64,000 bases of DNA from Planktothrix sp. GU0601_MAG3 (GTDB lineage: Bacteria > Cyanobacteriota > Cyanobacteriia > Cyanobacteriales > Microcoleaceae), in contig CP136572.1 of assembly GCA_035193785.1 (NCBI GenBank), positions 3,316,578-3,380,577 on the forward strand, written 5' to 3'. The position numbers were made by a program, and so were the translations under genes. Every line of letters starts with the position of its first letter. Position 1 is the stretch's first letter. Below are positions 54,386 to 64,000 of the stretch, one piece after another. Under the pieces are notes generated by a model, which had not been told where the DNA came from, did not search any database, and worked only from the letters and a program-made list of their open reading frames with translations.

Positions 54386-54552
54386 GTAGGGGCGGGTTTC
54401 ATCGAGATTTAGGTAATTAGCTCATATCTAACAGAACCCGCCCTTACAAGATTAGCCAAAAACCCACGATTTATATTGATGAATAGGGGAAACTTTATTC
54501 TTTTGAATGAGCAAATAAAAGAGAGAGAGACGCGCCGTGGCACGTCTCTACA
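54386..54552. repeat. REP-B (54386-54447), duplicated gene tail and REP-A
   Basis: GTAGGGGCGGGTTT...AACCCGCCCTTAC; GAGACGCGCCGTGGCACGTCTCTAC near 54527. Confidence 0.85.
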
Positions 54553-54555
54553 AGA

Positions 54556-57500
54556 TCAGCCTGTATTTCGCATTCCGGCGGCAATTCCGTTAATGGTTAA
54601 TAGGGCACCTCGGAGTAATTCACCTTTGCTATAACGGGAATGGACAACACCCGAAGCCATGGATTTGCCATGTTGACGTAACCGTTTTAACAAGGCCACC
54701 TGTAATAAACCTAAAGGAATAATCGTGGCATTGCGTAACTGTACCGAACGCTGTAAGACTGGATCATCTTCTAATAGTCGTTGATGTCCGGTGATTTCTT
54801 GGACTAACTCCACGGTGAGATAGTATTCGGCGAGGATTTGTTGGAATAATAGCTCAAACCGTTCGAGATCATCGGGATGACTTAACTCCCGGACGTAGTG
54901 ATGGGCTATTTCCATATCTACTTTAGCCAAGGTCATTTCCGTCTTAGAAATCAACACTTTAAAGAATGGCCATTTGACGTAGAAATACCGCAGGAGTTTG
55001 AGATTTTCCTGGGGTTCCTCGTTAATAAATGTCTGTAAAGCGGTTCCCACACCATACCAAGAAGGCAGTAAAAAACGGCTCTGAGTCCAGCTAAATACCC
55101 AGGGAATCGCCCTTAAACCAGAAATATCCTTTTTCTTATCCCCACTGCGACGGGCGGGGCGAGAACTGATTTGTAGTTGGCTAATTTCTTGGATGGGGGT
55201 GACTTGATGGAAGAATTCGGGTAAATCGGGTTCTTCATAAATTAAAGCCCGATAGTGCTCCCGCGATCGCATCGATAACTCCTCCATAATTTGATTCCAG
55301 GGATCAATCTCATCAAAGCCGTTATGGAGGAGACTGGCTTGGATGGCCGCGGTGGTGACACTTTCCAAATTAAATAAAGCCAACTGCGGGAGAGAATATT
55401 TAGACGCCAGGACTTCCCCCTGTTCCGTAATTTTAATCCGGCCATTAATACTGCGGCCAGGTTGAGCCAAAACCGCTTTATAGGCTGGGCCACCCCCTCG
55501 ACCCACCGAACCCCCGCGTCCGTGGAAGATTCGCAGACCGACCTTATAGGATTCAGACACTTTCTGTAAGGCTTTTTGGGCTTTATGAATTTCCCAGTTA
55601 CTACTCAAGAAACCCGAATCTTTATTACTATCGGAGTACCCTAACATAATCTCTTGTAAAGACAGATCCGGATCTTGACTTACGAGTTTATATTGTTCAT
55701 AACCCCCGGCTAACATTGCCCGATATAAAGGTAATTCAAACAAGGTAGTCATAACTCGGGGAGCGCGTTTGAGATCCTCTACCGTTTCAAATAGAGGAAC
55801 AACAATAACATTCCCAATTCCGGTGGCTGGATCATAAAGTCCGGCTTCTTTTGCCAAGAGTAATACTTCCAGTAAATCACTGGCTTCATTACTCATACTA
55901 ATAATATAGGTTTGGCAAATTTCCGGCCCAAATTCCTGTTGTAACTCCCGCATTACCCTAAAGGTGGTGATAGTTTCGCAGGTTTTTTCAGAAAACGGTA
56001 ATTCAGCCGGAATTAAAGGGCGACGGGTTTGGAGTTCCGTTGCTAACCAAAGACATCTTTCTGCTTCTGAAAGCTCGGTGTAGGGTTTGGGTAAAACTTG
56101 CAAATAGTTAGTAACTTCGTTTAGAGCATTACAATGAATCGAAGACTCCTGACGCATATCTAACCGCGCTAAACTAAACCCAAAAACCTCCACCTGACAG
56201 ATCAGATTTTCCAGTTCCTGACAGTTCATTCCCGTTTCCTCTAGGTTGCGTTGAATCATTTTCAACTCCACCAAGAATTCATTCCCCGAGCGGTATAACT
56301 TAATCGCTTCATGGTCAGGAACTAGACGTTCTCGGATGCGAGACATCTCCGCATTATTGTACATTTGCCAATTGCGATCGCGGGTATTTTCCAATCGTTT
56401 TTGAACATAAGATAGTTTTAAACGATAGGGTTCTTGACGATAGCGAATGGCGGTTTGATCATAGATATCAGGTAATTGTCCTTGATCTCGATCCAAAGAT
56501 TCTAATAATTCTGGAAGAACCTCACTCCAATGTAAGGATAAACTCAATAACCGACTCAGGCGCTTGACCGCTTCAATATATTTTTCTAGGACAATATGAC
56601 GCTGATAACAAGCGGTTTTCCAAGTCACTTCCGGTGTCACCGATGGATTTCCGTCCCGATCTGAACCCACCCAAGATCCGAATTTACAGAAATCATGTTT
56701 GGGTAATTTCAGATAGGGAAAAGAAACATTTAAAGCGTGTTTTAAGCGCTTATAAAGTTGAGGAATGGTATCAAATATAACTTCCTGAAAATAGTGCAGG
56801 GAATAATCTACCTCATCCAGAAAACCGTTGGTTTAAATTGGTGTAGTTCATCGGTACGCCACCACAGCCGAATTTCTTCGGTCAAGTTTTCATGGAGTTC
56901 TTCTGTCCATTCGGACATAATCGAAGACTCTCCTAGCTCCTCAGTTCTGAGTCCACCAAAACTTTCATCAACTTGATCGAGTTGTTCTAGGATAGTGGCA
57001 ATACGACGCTGTTTGGTTCTAATTGTATGGCGAACAATTTCCGTCGGGTGGGCGGTAAATACCATCCGCACATCCAATTGATCTAATAATCTTTGGATCT
57101 TTTGGGCGGGAACATTTAACTGTCTGAGCATCGGAAACAGGGAATGGAAAGTAGCCAACTCCCGATCCTGTTCGCTGTAATTGGTAACATTGGTTAGGGG
57201 TAGTGGACTTTCTTCTTGATCGGAAAAACGTTGATTCCGAGCCTCAAAAGTAGACATGGATTTTACCGGGGAGACGGGTAACTTTCCTTTGCCTTTTCCA
57301 TGGTTATAAGCAATTTGCTGTTCCCGTTGTTCATAGTGCTGTTCAACAATATTAATCAGTTGAAAATATAAGGCAAATCCCCGGGCGGCACGAATGGCTT
57401 CGTTAATATCAAGTTGTTCAATTAACTTGAGCGCATCCGATCCTTGGAATTCTTCAGCTTGCCCTTCGGGTGAGGTCATTGATGCTAACTTATGGAGTAA

Positions 57501-57662
57501 GTCCACCAGTTGTTGGCCGCACTCTTGACAAAGGACGGACTCCCAGACGTCCTCTATGATCTTGAGACGATTGCGTAAAAATAAATCCGAAGTAGTGGTT
57601 GGCGGGTTTGATGAAACGACCGTGTTTGGAGCCTGTTCGGAAGATTGGAGCAGTGAACTCAT
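54556..57662 (-). CDS. ppc: Phosphoenolpyruvate carboxylase (apparent 2-base frameshift)
   Basis: VFTAHPT, KPTVLDEV after correction, [45 protein letters not shown]. Confidence 0.96.
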
Positions 57663-57757
57663 AATGGTCTGTTCCTGTGTTGCAAGAATATCAAGTTATT
57701 GTATTGCCTAGTTTCTCCTAAAACACGGAACTTTGCAGTCAAATCTGTCACCGTTCT

Positions 57758-57985
57758 CTATTCTATTTTTTGTCTGCTATTCGGAAAATGCAGAATTGGA
57801 AGGCGATCCCCCCGGAAAATTTCTTCGCTGTTGGTGCTGAGGTTCAGTATCAGATCATGGAACACCTTTGTCCCTAATGCAGCTATTAATAGGGGTGCGG
57901 TAGTCAAACTAACCAAACACTCTTGGGGAAAAGTCATGGGGTTGGGACTTTTAGCCGGATAATTATTGCTGGGGGTGGGTTGCAT
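57758..57985 (-). CDS. Small conserved cyanobacterial hypothetical protein
   Basis: LTTAPLL...SEEIFRGDRLPILHFP upstream of ppc. Confidence 0.65.
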   Translation of the reverse strand: MQPTPSNNYPAKSPNPMTFPQECLVSLTTAPLLIAALGTKVFHDLILNLSTNSEEIFRGDRLPILHFPNSRQKIE

Positions 57986-58176
57986 AGATAATTAATTTGT
58001 GTCGCATCGCAACAACGGGGAGTTGTTCCAAACTTTGGACGAATCATGCCAAAATTGTAGTCGAATTATAACATAGAGTTTCCCATTCGGTGAACTACGG
58101 GATTAACCCCGGAAATTGGAGTTCAATGGGGATGAAATTCACGAATCGGGCCGTTTGGTAGGGGTAGGGAGTTGAC

Positions 58177-61100
58177 TTGAAGGCTAATAAAACAGTTTTA
58201 ACCGGAGAGGGTTTAGCTTTAACCCAATGGGCAGAAGAAGCCGTTGGACTTGCGGATGTGCAGGTTCAGATTCGTTTGCGTGGCAATCATTTACACGTTC
58301 TGTGTGAAGCACCCATCAGTCCCGATGAAAAAATCGCCACATCTAATTTTTCTAGTGCCTTAACCCAAAGGAATCTAACGGCCTTACTCCCGCCGAATCA
58401 ACCGATCTACAAGATTTTTTTATCCGGTCGCAGTTTGGGGGCGGCCCGACCGGATTGGACAGTCAAGCTCGAATACACGGAATTACAATTTCAGGGGGCT
58501 TCTGCCCAACCCCCTAAGTCCGTTGAAAGCTCCCCAGCAGCCGTTTCCCAACCTGTTACTGAGCAGAAACACAACCCCTTAACAAAAATTGCTGGCCTTT
58601 TTAGACGCCCTCAACTCGCCCCTGTAAACGGAGCAGGGGGAGCAGGGGGAGCAGGGGGAGTAGGGGGAGCGGGGGAGGCAGGGGGAGTAGGGGGAGTAGG
58701 GGGAGCAGGGGGGGTAGGGGGAGCGGGGGAGGCAGGGGGAGTAGGGGGAGCAGGGGAAGTAGGGGGAGCAGGGGGAGTAGGGGGAGCAGAGGGAGCAGGG
58801 GGAGTAGGGGGAGCAGGGGAAGTAGGGGGAGCAGAGGGAGCAGGGGGAGTAGGGGGGGATGAGGAGACGATTTCACCTGAACCAGAACCATTTTCCTCCC
58901 TCGCCGATGAGGGGCTTGCCTTCACTTCTATGCCTATGGAGTTTAATACTCTGGGGGAGGAAGCACCGGAAGCGGTGGGAGTGTCCTCCCTGGCTGACGA
59001 CTCACCATCGGCGCAAGTATCAACCAATCCTGAACCATTAACCGTCAATGACCCACCATCGGCGCAAGTATTAACAATTAACCCTCAACCATCAACGGTT
59101 ACAGCTATTGAGGTGTCAACGGAAAGTTTGGCGCGTCAGGGATATCCCGATGCGATCGCCAGCTACCTCAGCGAAATTTTAGGGGGATTGGGGGTTGGGG
59201 TGAAGGTGACGATTCGGGAAAAATCCCCGAAGGGGAAAAAAACCGAAGCCCTACCAGAAACAAATCCATCGGGTCGGCGGCTGTGGGTGTTGTGTGAATC
59301 GGCCTATAGTCCCGATCCCTCCCTATTAGCCGAACCCATTGCTCAACGGTTGCGACAGTTGCAGCTTGAAGGGTTCCGGGATGCTTGTATTTTGTTGCAA
59401 GTCCAAGGGGAATCTACCCCCGACTGGATGTTACGGATTGATTTAACCCCACCGGATCGGATTCTTAAACAGTGGGGACGCTGGGGAGATGAACAGGCGA
59501 TCGCCCGCTTACTGAATGACAAATTGATTCAATTGCAGGTGGAAGTCCGAACTACCTTGAAAGAATCCACCCTGCATCTATTCTGTACAGACGTGTCCGG
59601 GCGCGTCTCTACTCAACCGAACGGTGCAACCAAAAGCCGCAGGCGTCAGGTGCCCGATAAACAGGCGGTGATGGATATTGTTGTCCCCCTATTGGATATC
59701 CTGGCTCCCCAAGGGATTTGCGCCGCCACGGTCTATGGTTTAGAAACCACCACCACCCAAGCTAAACCGGGGGCTCCGATTTGGGTGGATTGGTTAAATT
59801 TACCCGCCGCCCAACATTCTGACCTCCAGCCCTCGACCCTAACCTTAGCGGAACAGGGCAATATTCATGCCTTACGCTTTGTTCTGAGTCGTTTAATTAA
59901 TCCCGATTTAGAGCTAAAACTGGCCACCGGGGGCATTCGGGTACTGTTATTACAAAAGGCTGAATTACTGCACGTTATGACCGAGGGGGCCACTTGTCCG
60001 TCCCAGTCTCAGGTGGCCCCGATGATTGCTCAATTTTTGCGCAGCCATCGGATTAGTGGTATTTCCGGGGTGAGAATTTATGGCCGTCGTTCAGGACAAA
60101 AACTGCCTCTCTGGCGCTACGGGATTTATTTAAAAACCAGTCAACCGGATACTGTCCCCTCTGCCTTACCCGATTTTGTTAGTCCCCCAGAGGAAGGCGA
60201 AACCCTGGGAGACAAGTCATCCCTACCCGATGGTTTAGTCCTGCGTCCTGACCTAAACCTGGAGCATCTGGAGGTCGATGTTTCCCGACCCTCAAATCTG
60301 CTCTATCCCAATTGGCGAGAGGTTTTAGATCGGGGGGCTGAAGTTTTAGCTCAAGGATTGATCTCGACCCGGTTATTTACCCCCCGGGTGGCAATGATGG
60401 TTTCCCGACCCAGCAAAACCCACCGTTATCAAAAAATTGCCTTAGCTTTAGTTTGGGCAACCTTGGGGGGATTATTTGTTGTACAGGCAGATAAAATCCT
60501 GGGGGAATTGTTGGGGGAAATTCCCATGAATGGGGTCGGGGAAATGGTAATTACTACTGATAATCCCGGTAATTTAGAGGAAAAAAACTCGGAAATTATC
60601 GTCGCATCAGATATTACGGAAAGTCAGAAAAATGCGAAAGAAAATGATGTCTTTAATGGAAGTAATTTTGTTTCTTCCACGGTCAAACCTTCCAAATGTA
60701 ATTTGTCTGATACAAAATTAGGGTTGGAAGCCTGTAAGTTAGCTCAATTTCTTTATCCCACTTTTAAAAGCCCCCAATTAGATGAACAGTTGACTCGATA
60801 TCAGCATTTTATTTTAACGGAAAAACGCCCCCCGGATATTATGATTATTGGGAGTTCTAGGGCTTTACGGGGAATTGATCCAGAGGTTTTAGAAACTGAG
60901 TTAAAATCCCGGGGTTATGGAAAATTAAAAGTTTATAATTTTGGGGTGAATGGGGCAACTTTACAAATCGTTGATTTAATTATTCGTCAGATTTTACCCC
61001 CGGAACAATTGCCTAAGTTAATTATTCTGGCCGATGGGGTACGCGCCCTCAATAGTGGCCGAGTTGATCGAACTTATGAAACTATTTCTGCCTCGGAAGG

Positions 61101-61839
61101 TTATCAACAAATTTCTCAGGGAACATTTCAGATTCAACCTCAAATTGAGCAGAAGCAGCAATCTATCCTAGGTTGGCAATCTAATTTAGGGAGTTTAGCT
61201 AAAAAATTTCATCAAGGAGAGTTGAATTTTGGGGAGTTTCAAACGGAATTAAATCAACAGTTTGTCGGCTATTCACAAGTTTATGGAAAACGCGATCGCC
61301 TACAATTTCTGTTACAGTCTATAGTCAGGGGAGAAGGGTTTAAAAACCAAATTAAATCCCCCGTGGATGAAGCCGAACCTTTTAATGATCAATCACTGAA
61401 AACCTCTGAGTTTTTACCCAGTGGATTTTTACCCCTATCGACTCAGTTTATTCCTGAAGTTTATTATAAAAATCATTCTCAAGTTTCTGGTTATTATGAT
61501 GGAGACTATCAAGGGTTTGAATTAGAGGGAAAACAAACCACGGCTTTAAAAAATCTGATTGAATATGTAGACTCTAAAAATATTGATTTGGTGTTTGTTA
61601 ATATGCCCCTAACCCAAGATTATTTGGATCAAATTCGGATGGCTTACGAACAAAAATTCAGGGATTTTATGAACTCTATTAGTCAAGAAACGGGACTCAC
61701 TTTTATTGATTTATCCAACGAATGGTTACAAAATTATAATTATTTTTCTGATCCAAGTCACCTAAATCAATCTGGTGCGGTGGTTGTTTCTCAAAAGTTA
61801 GTTGAACTGGATCAAATTCCATGGCCGAGGAGAAAGTAG
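58177..61839 (+). CDS. Large membrane-anchored protein with a C-terminal DUF1574/SGNH-like domain
   Basis: [31 protein letters not shown]; one TM segment; repeated LHVLCE-type N-terminal modules. Confidence 0.8.
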   Translation: MKANKTVLTGEGLALTQWAEEAVGLADVQVQIRLRGNHLHVLCEAPISPDEKIATSNFSSALTQRNLTALLPPNQPIYKIFLSGRSLGAARPDWTVKLEYTELQFQGASAQPPKSVESSPAAVSQPVTEQKHNPLTKIAGLFRRPQLAPVNGAGGAGGAGGVGGAGEAGGVGGVGGAGGVGGAGEAGGVGGAGEVGGAGGVGGAEGAGGVGGAGEVGGAEGAGGVGGDEETISPEPEPFSSLADEGLAFTSMPMEFNTLGEEAPEAVGVSSLADDSPSAQVSTNPEPLTVNDPPSAQVLTINPQPSTVTAIEVSTESLARQGYPDAIASYLSEILGGLGVGVKVTIREKSPKGKKTEALPETNPSGRRLWVLCESAYSPDPSLLAEPIAQRLRQLQLEGFRDACILLQVQGESTPDWMLRIDLTPPDRILKQWGRWGDEQAIARLLNDKLIQLQVEVRTTLKESTLHLFCTDVSGRVSTQPNGATKSRRRQVPDKQAVMDIVVPLLDILAPQGICAATVYGLETTTTQAKPGAPIWVDWLNLPAAQHSDLQPSTLTLAEQGNIHALRFVLSRLINPDLELKLATGGIRVLLLQKAELLHVMTEGATCPSQSQVAPMIAQFLRSHRISGISGVRIYGRRSGQKLPLWRYGIYLKTSQPDTVPSALPDFVSPPEEGETLGDKSSLPDGLVLRPDLNLEHLEVDVSRPSNLLYPNWREVLDRGAEVLAQGLISTRLFTPRVAMMVSRPSKTHRYQKIALALVWATLGGLFVVQADKILGELLGEIPMNGVGEMVITTDNPGNLEEKNSEIIVASDITESQKNAKENDVFNGSNFVSSTVKPSKCNLSDTKLGLEACKLAQFLYPTFKSPQLDEQLTRYQHFILTEKRPPDIMIIGSSRALRGIDPEVLETELKSRGYGKLKVYNFGVNGATLQIVDLIIRQILPPEQLPKLIILADGVRALNSGRVDRTYETISASEGYQQISQGTFQIQPQIEQKQQSILGWQSNLGSLAKKFHQGELNFGEFQTELNQQFVGYSQVYGKRDRLQFLLQSIVRGEGFKNQIKSPVDEAEPFNDQSLKTSEFLPSGFLPLSTQFIPEVYYKNHSQVSGYYDGDYQGFELEGKQTTALKNLIEYVDSKNIDLVFVNMPLTQDYLDQIRMAYEQKFRDFMNSISQETGLTFIDLSNEWLQNYNYFSDPSHLNQSGAVVVSQKLVELDQIPWPRRK
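58630..58860. repeat. In-frame 9-bp G-rich tandem repeat (about 25 units)
   Basis: GGAGCAGGG/GGAGTAGGG encoding (GAG/GVG)n. Confidence 0.93.
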
Positions 61840-61958
61840 GGAATTCGGATCGTGAATTGATTAATCTGCGTAAAACTGCAAACTTTCTTAACAAAAACAG
61901 TTACATACCCTCCCATAATTTGTCACAATAGAAGTATTTAAACGGTTATTCCGTACCT

Positions 61959-62571
61959 GTGAACCCCATGATGATGACGCTCTATCTATTCTGTCTTACC
62001 ATTGGCGGGGGTTTTGTGATTTTGTCCGCCTTTGCTGGACTTGACGGGATCGATTTTGATACTCATTTTGACATGGATGTGGAACTGTCTGAACCCGCGA
62101 AGGATTCGGGAACTCTCACATCCAGAAACCCATCGAAAATCCCCTAAACCATCGTTTCACTTACCCTTTTTAACTTTACGATTTTGGACGTTTGGTAGTT
62201 GTTTTTTTGGCTTAACCGGATTTGTTTTAACAAAACTTAATCCTCTCCTCCCTCCGGCGGTGATTTTTGCGATTTCTCTGGGAATTGGAGTTAGCTTTGG
62301 AACCATAATTGTAGGAATTTTAGCCCGACTTCACCGACAACAAGCCAATAGTTTAATTCTATCTGAAGATCTGATTGGATTATGGGGAACCGTTGAAATT
62401 CCCTTTGATCAAAATTGCAAAGGTAAAGTTCGATTATACCTGAAAGAATCCATGGTAGATGTTGTCGCCATTACAGAAGATACCCATAGCTTTGAAAAAG
62501 GGGATAAGGTTTTTGTCGTTGGTAGAAATCATAATAAGGTCTTAGTCATTTCTGAGGAAAACTTGAATTAA
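61959..62571 (+). CDS. NfeD-like membrane protein (one apparent frameshift)
   Basis: RFWTFGSCFFGLTG, GTVEIPF...GKVR OB-fold; upstream of flotillin. Confidence 0.85.
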
Positions 62572-62694
62572 GGATTAAGATTGAGGAGAATCCCAAAAAG
62601 ATCAAAGATAATAGAGAATTAATGCTCTCCCAATCCCCTAATTTTAATCCTGGGGATTTCTCGGTTCCCCTTTAACTGATTTATTGGAGTAGAA

Positions 62695-64000
62695 ATGACC
62701 CAAAATTATATTCCCAAAATTCACAATTCACCGATGATTACGGAAGTTGCCCAAGTTCCTAACACGGATAATCCTCCTGACAATAGTTCTAGCAGTATTG
62801 GAACTGCTTTACCCGTCGCCCTTTCTATTTTTGGTGTAATTGTTTTTCTGTGGTTTCTAAATACCTTTCTGCAAATTTGTAAACCTAATGAAATTTTGAT
62901 TTTATCCGGTCGTAAACGCCGGAATAAAGAGGGACAGGAACTAGGTTATCGGGTAATTTTTGGCGGTCGGACAATGTGTATTCCCATTTTAGAAACCGTT
63001 AAAACCATGGATTTACGCACAATGCCCGTGCGAGTGGAAATTAAAAATGCCTATTCTAAAGGAGGAACTCCGTTAAATATTCAAGCGATCGCTAATGTTA
63101 AAATATCTAATGATCGACAAATTGTGGGAAATGCGATTGAACGCTTTTTAGAGCGAGATCGTTCGGAAATTTCTCGGGTTGCTAAGGAAACCTTAGAAGG
63201 AAATTTACGCGGTGTTGTGGGAACTTTAACCCCAGAACAATTAAACGAAGACCGTCTACAATTTGCTGAAAGTATTGCCGAAGATGTTTCCCGGGATTTA
63301 TCGAAATTAGGCCTACAATTAGATACTTTAAAAATCCAAAGTGTGTCCGATGATGTGGATTATCTTAACTCCATTGGTCGCCGTCAAATTGCCTTAATTA
63401 TTCGAGATGCGGAAATCGCCGAATCGAATGCTATGGCTGAAGCTGAACAAACTGAAGCCGACTGTCGGCGACAGGCAGAAGTGGCAAAAACCCAAGCCCA
63501 AACTATTGTTTTACAGAAGGGAAATGAACTGAGAAAAATCAAAGCTGAATTAGAACAACAAGCCCGTTCTGAGGAGGAAAGAACCACCGCCGCCGGGGAA
63601 GAAGCTCGGGCAAAAGCGGAACAATTATTGCAAACAGTTCGGGCAGAATTAGAGCGGTTACGGTTAGAATCCGATGAGGTTTTACCAGCCGATGCTCAAC
63701 GTCAAGCGCAGGAATTAAGAGCCCGAGGAGAGGCGGCTTCTTTAACCGAAAATGCTTTGGCGGCGGCGACAGTAACGGATTTATTAAATCAGGTTTGGCA
63801 GGAAACGGGCTCGGATGCTTCGGAATTATTTAATTTACAACAAATTGAAATGATTCTGCGGGAAGCGGCTAAGGTTCCTAACCGGGTGAAGTTACAAAAT
63901 ATTAATGTTATTGATAGTGGGGATGGTAAATCCGTTGCGGGTGTGGTTAATATCTATCCTGAAATTTTTCGGCAGTTTTTGGAAACGGTTGAACATATTT
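62695..64000 (+). CDS. Flotillin/SPFH family protein (3' end runs off the window; not in the ORF track)
   Basis: Manual translation: ICKPNEILILSGR, AYSKGGTPLNIQAIANVKI, NAIERFL, ETLEGNLRGVV, KLGLQLDTLKIQ, AE-rich coiled coil. Confidence 0.92.
   Translation, partial: MTQNYIPKIHNSPMITEVAQVPNTDNPPDNSSSSIGTALPVALSIFGVIVFLWFLNTFLQICKPNEILILSGRKRRNKEGQELGYRVIFGGRTMCIPILETVKTMDLRTMPVRVEIKNAYSKGGTPLNIQAIANVKISNDRQIVGNAIERFLERDRSEISRVAKETLEGNLRGVVGTLTPEQLNEDRLQFAESIAEDVSRDLSKLGLQLDTLKIQSVSDDVDYLNSIGRRQIALIIRDAEIAESNAMAEAEQTEADCRRQAEVAKTQAQTIVLQKGNELRKIKAELEQQARSEEERTTAAGEEARAKAEQLLQTVRAELERLRLESDEVLPADAQRQAQELRARGEAASLTENALAAATVTDLLNQVWQETGSDASELFNLQQIEMILREAAKVPNRVKLQNINVIDSGDGKSVAGVVNIYPEIFRQFLETVEHI

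Noticed and set aside
58601..59048. Pro/Leu-rich minus-strand ORFs
   Set aside because: Antisense shadows of the G-rich 9-mer repeat in the large plus-strand gene
620..62571. Mass pseudogenisation or programmed frameshifting of housekeeping genes
   Set aside because: Breaks hit essential genes (murG, lpxB, aroA, ppc), almost all share one sequence context, and there are no accompanying nonsense mutations; best explained as sequencing error

Overview
A 64 kb stretch of chromosome from a filamentous cyanobacterium, probably Oscillatoriales/Planktothrix-like. This is inferred from psbX, ycf66, ebsA, many HIP1 GCGATCGC sites and heptamer STRR repeats. Most of it is housekeeping: sucCD, mgdA, malQ, murG, dppD/F-like, hflX, aroA, lpxB, dusA, ispD, comF, ppc and flotillin/NfeD. 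Accessory content includes two IS200/IS605 tnpB elements, a lone Y1 HUH transposase inside a cluster of REP-like palindromes, several GTAG-type REP families, a MITE, a YhdJ/AvaIII-like type II R-M pair, an ABC-ATPase + DUF4276-like pair and an AT-rich HTH + three-ORF cassette. The most notable element is a complete two-gene glucose-family PTS (EIIA-HPr-EI fusion plus EIICB with an extra degenerate EIIB), which is unexpected in a cyanobacterium. About 29 genes are split by apparent frameshifts. In 27 of them the frame is restored by removing an extra T or A from a GTTC/GAAC motif, so I treat these as systematic sequencing artefacts rather than pseudogenes. The motif specificity is reported as a finding in its own right. 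No CRISPR array, tRNA or rRNA was seen.
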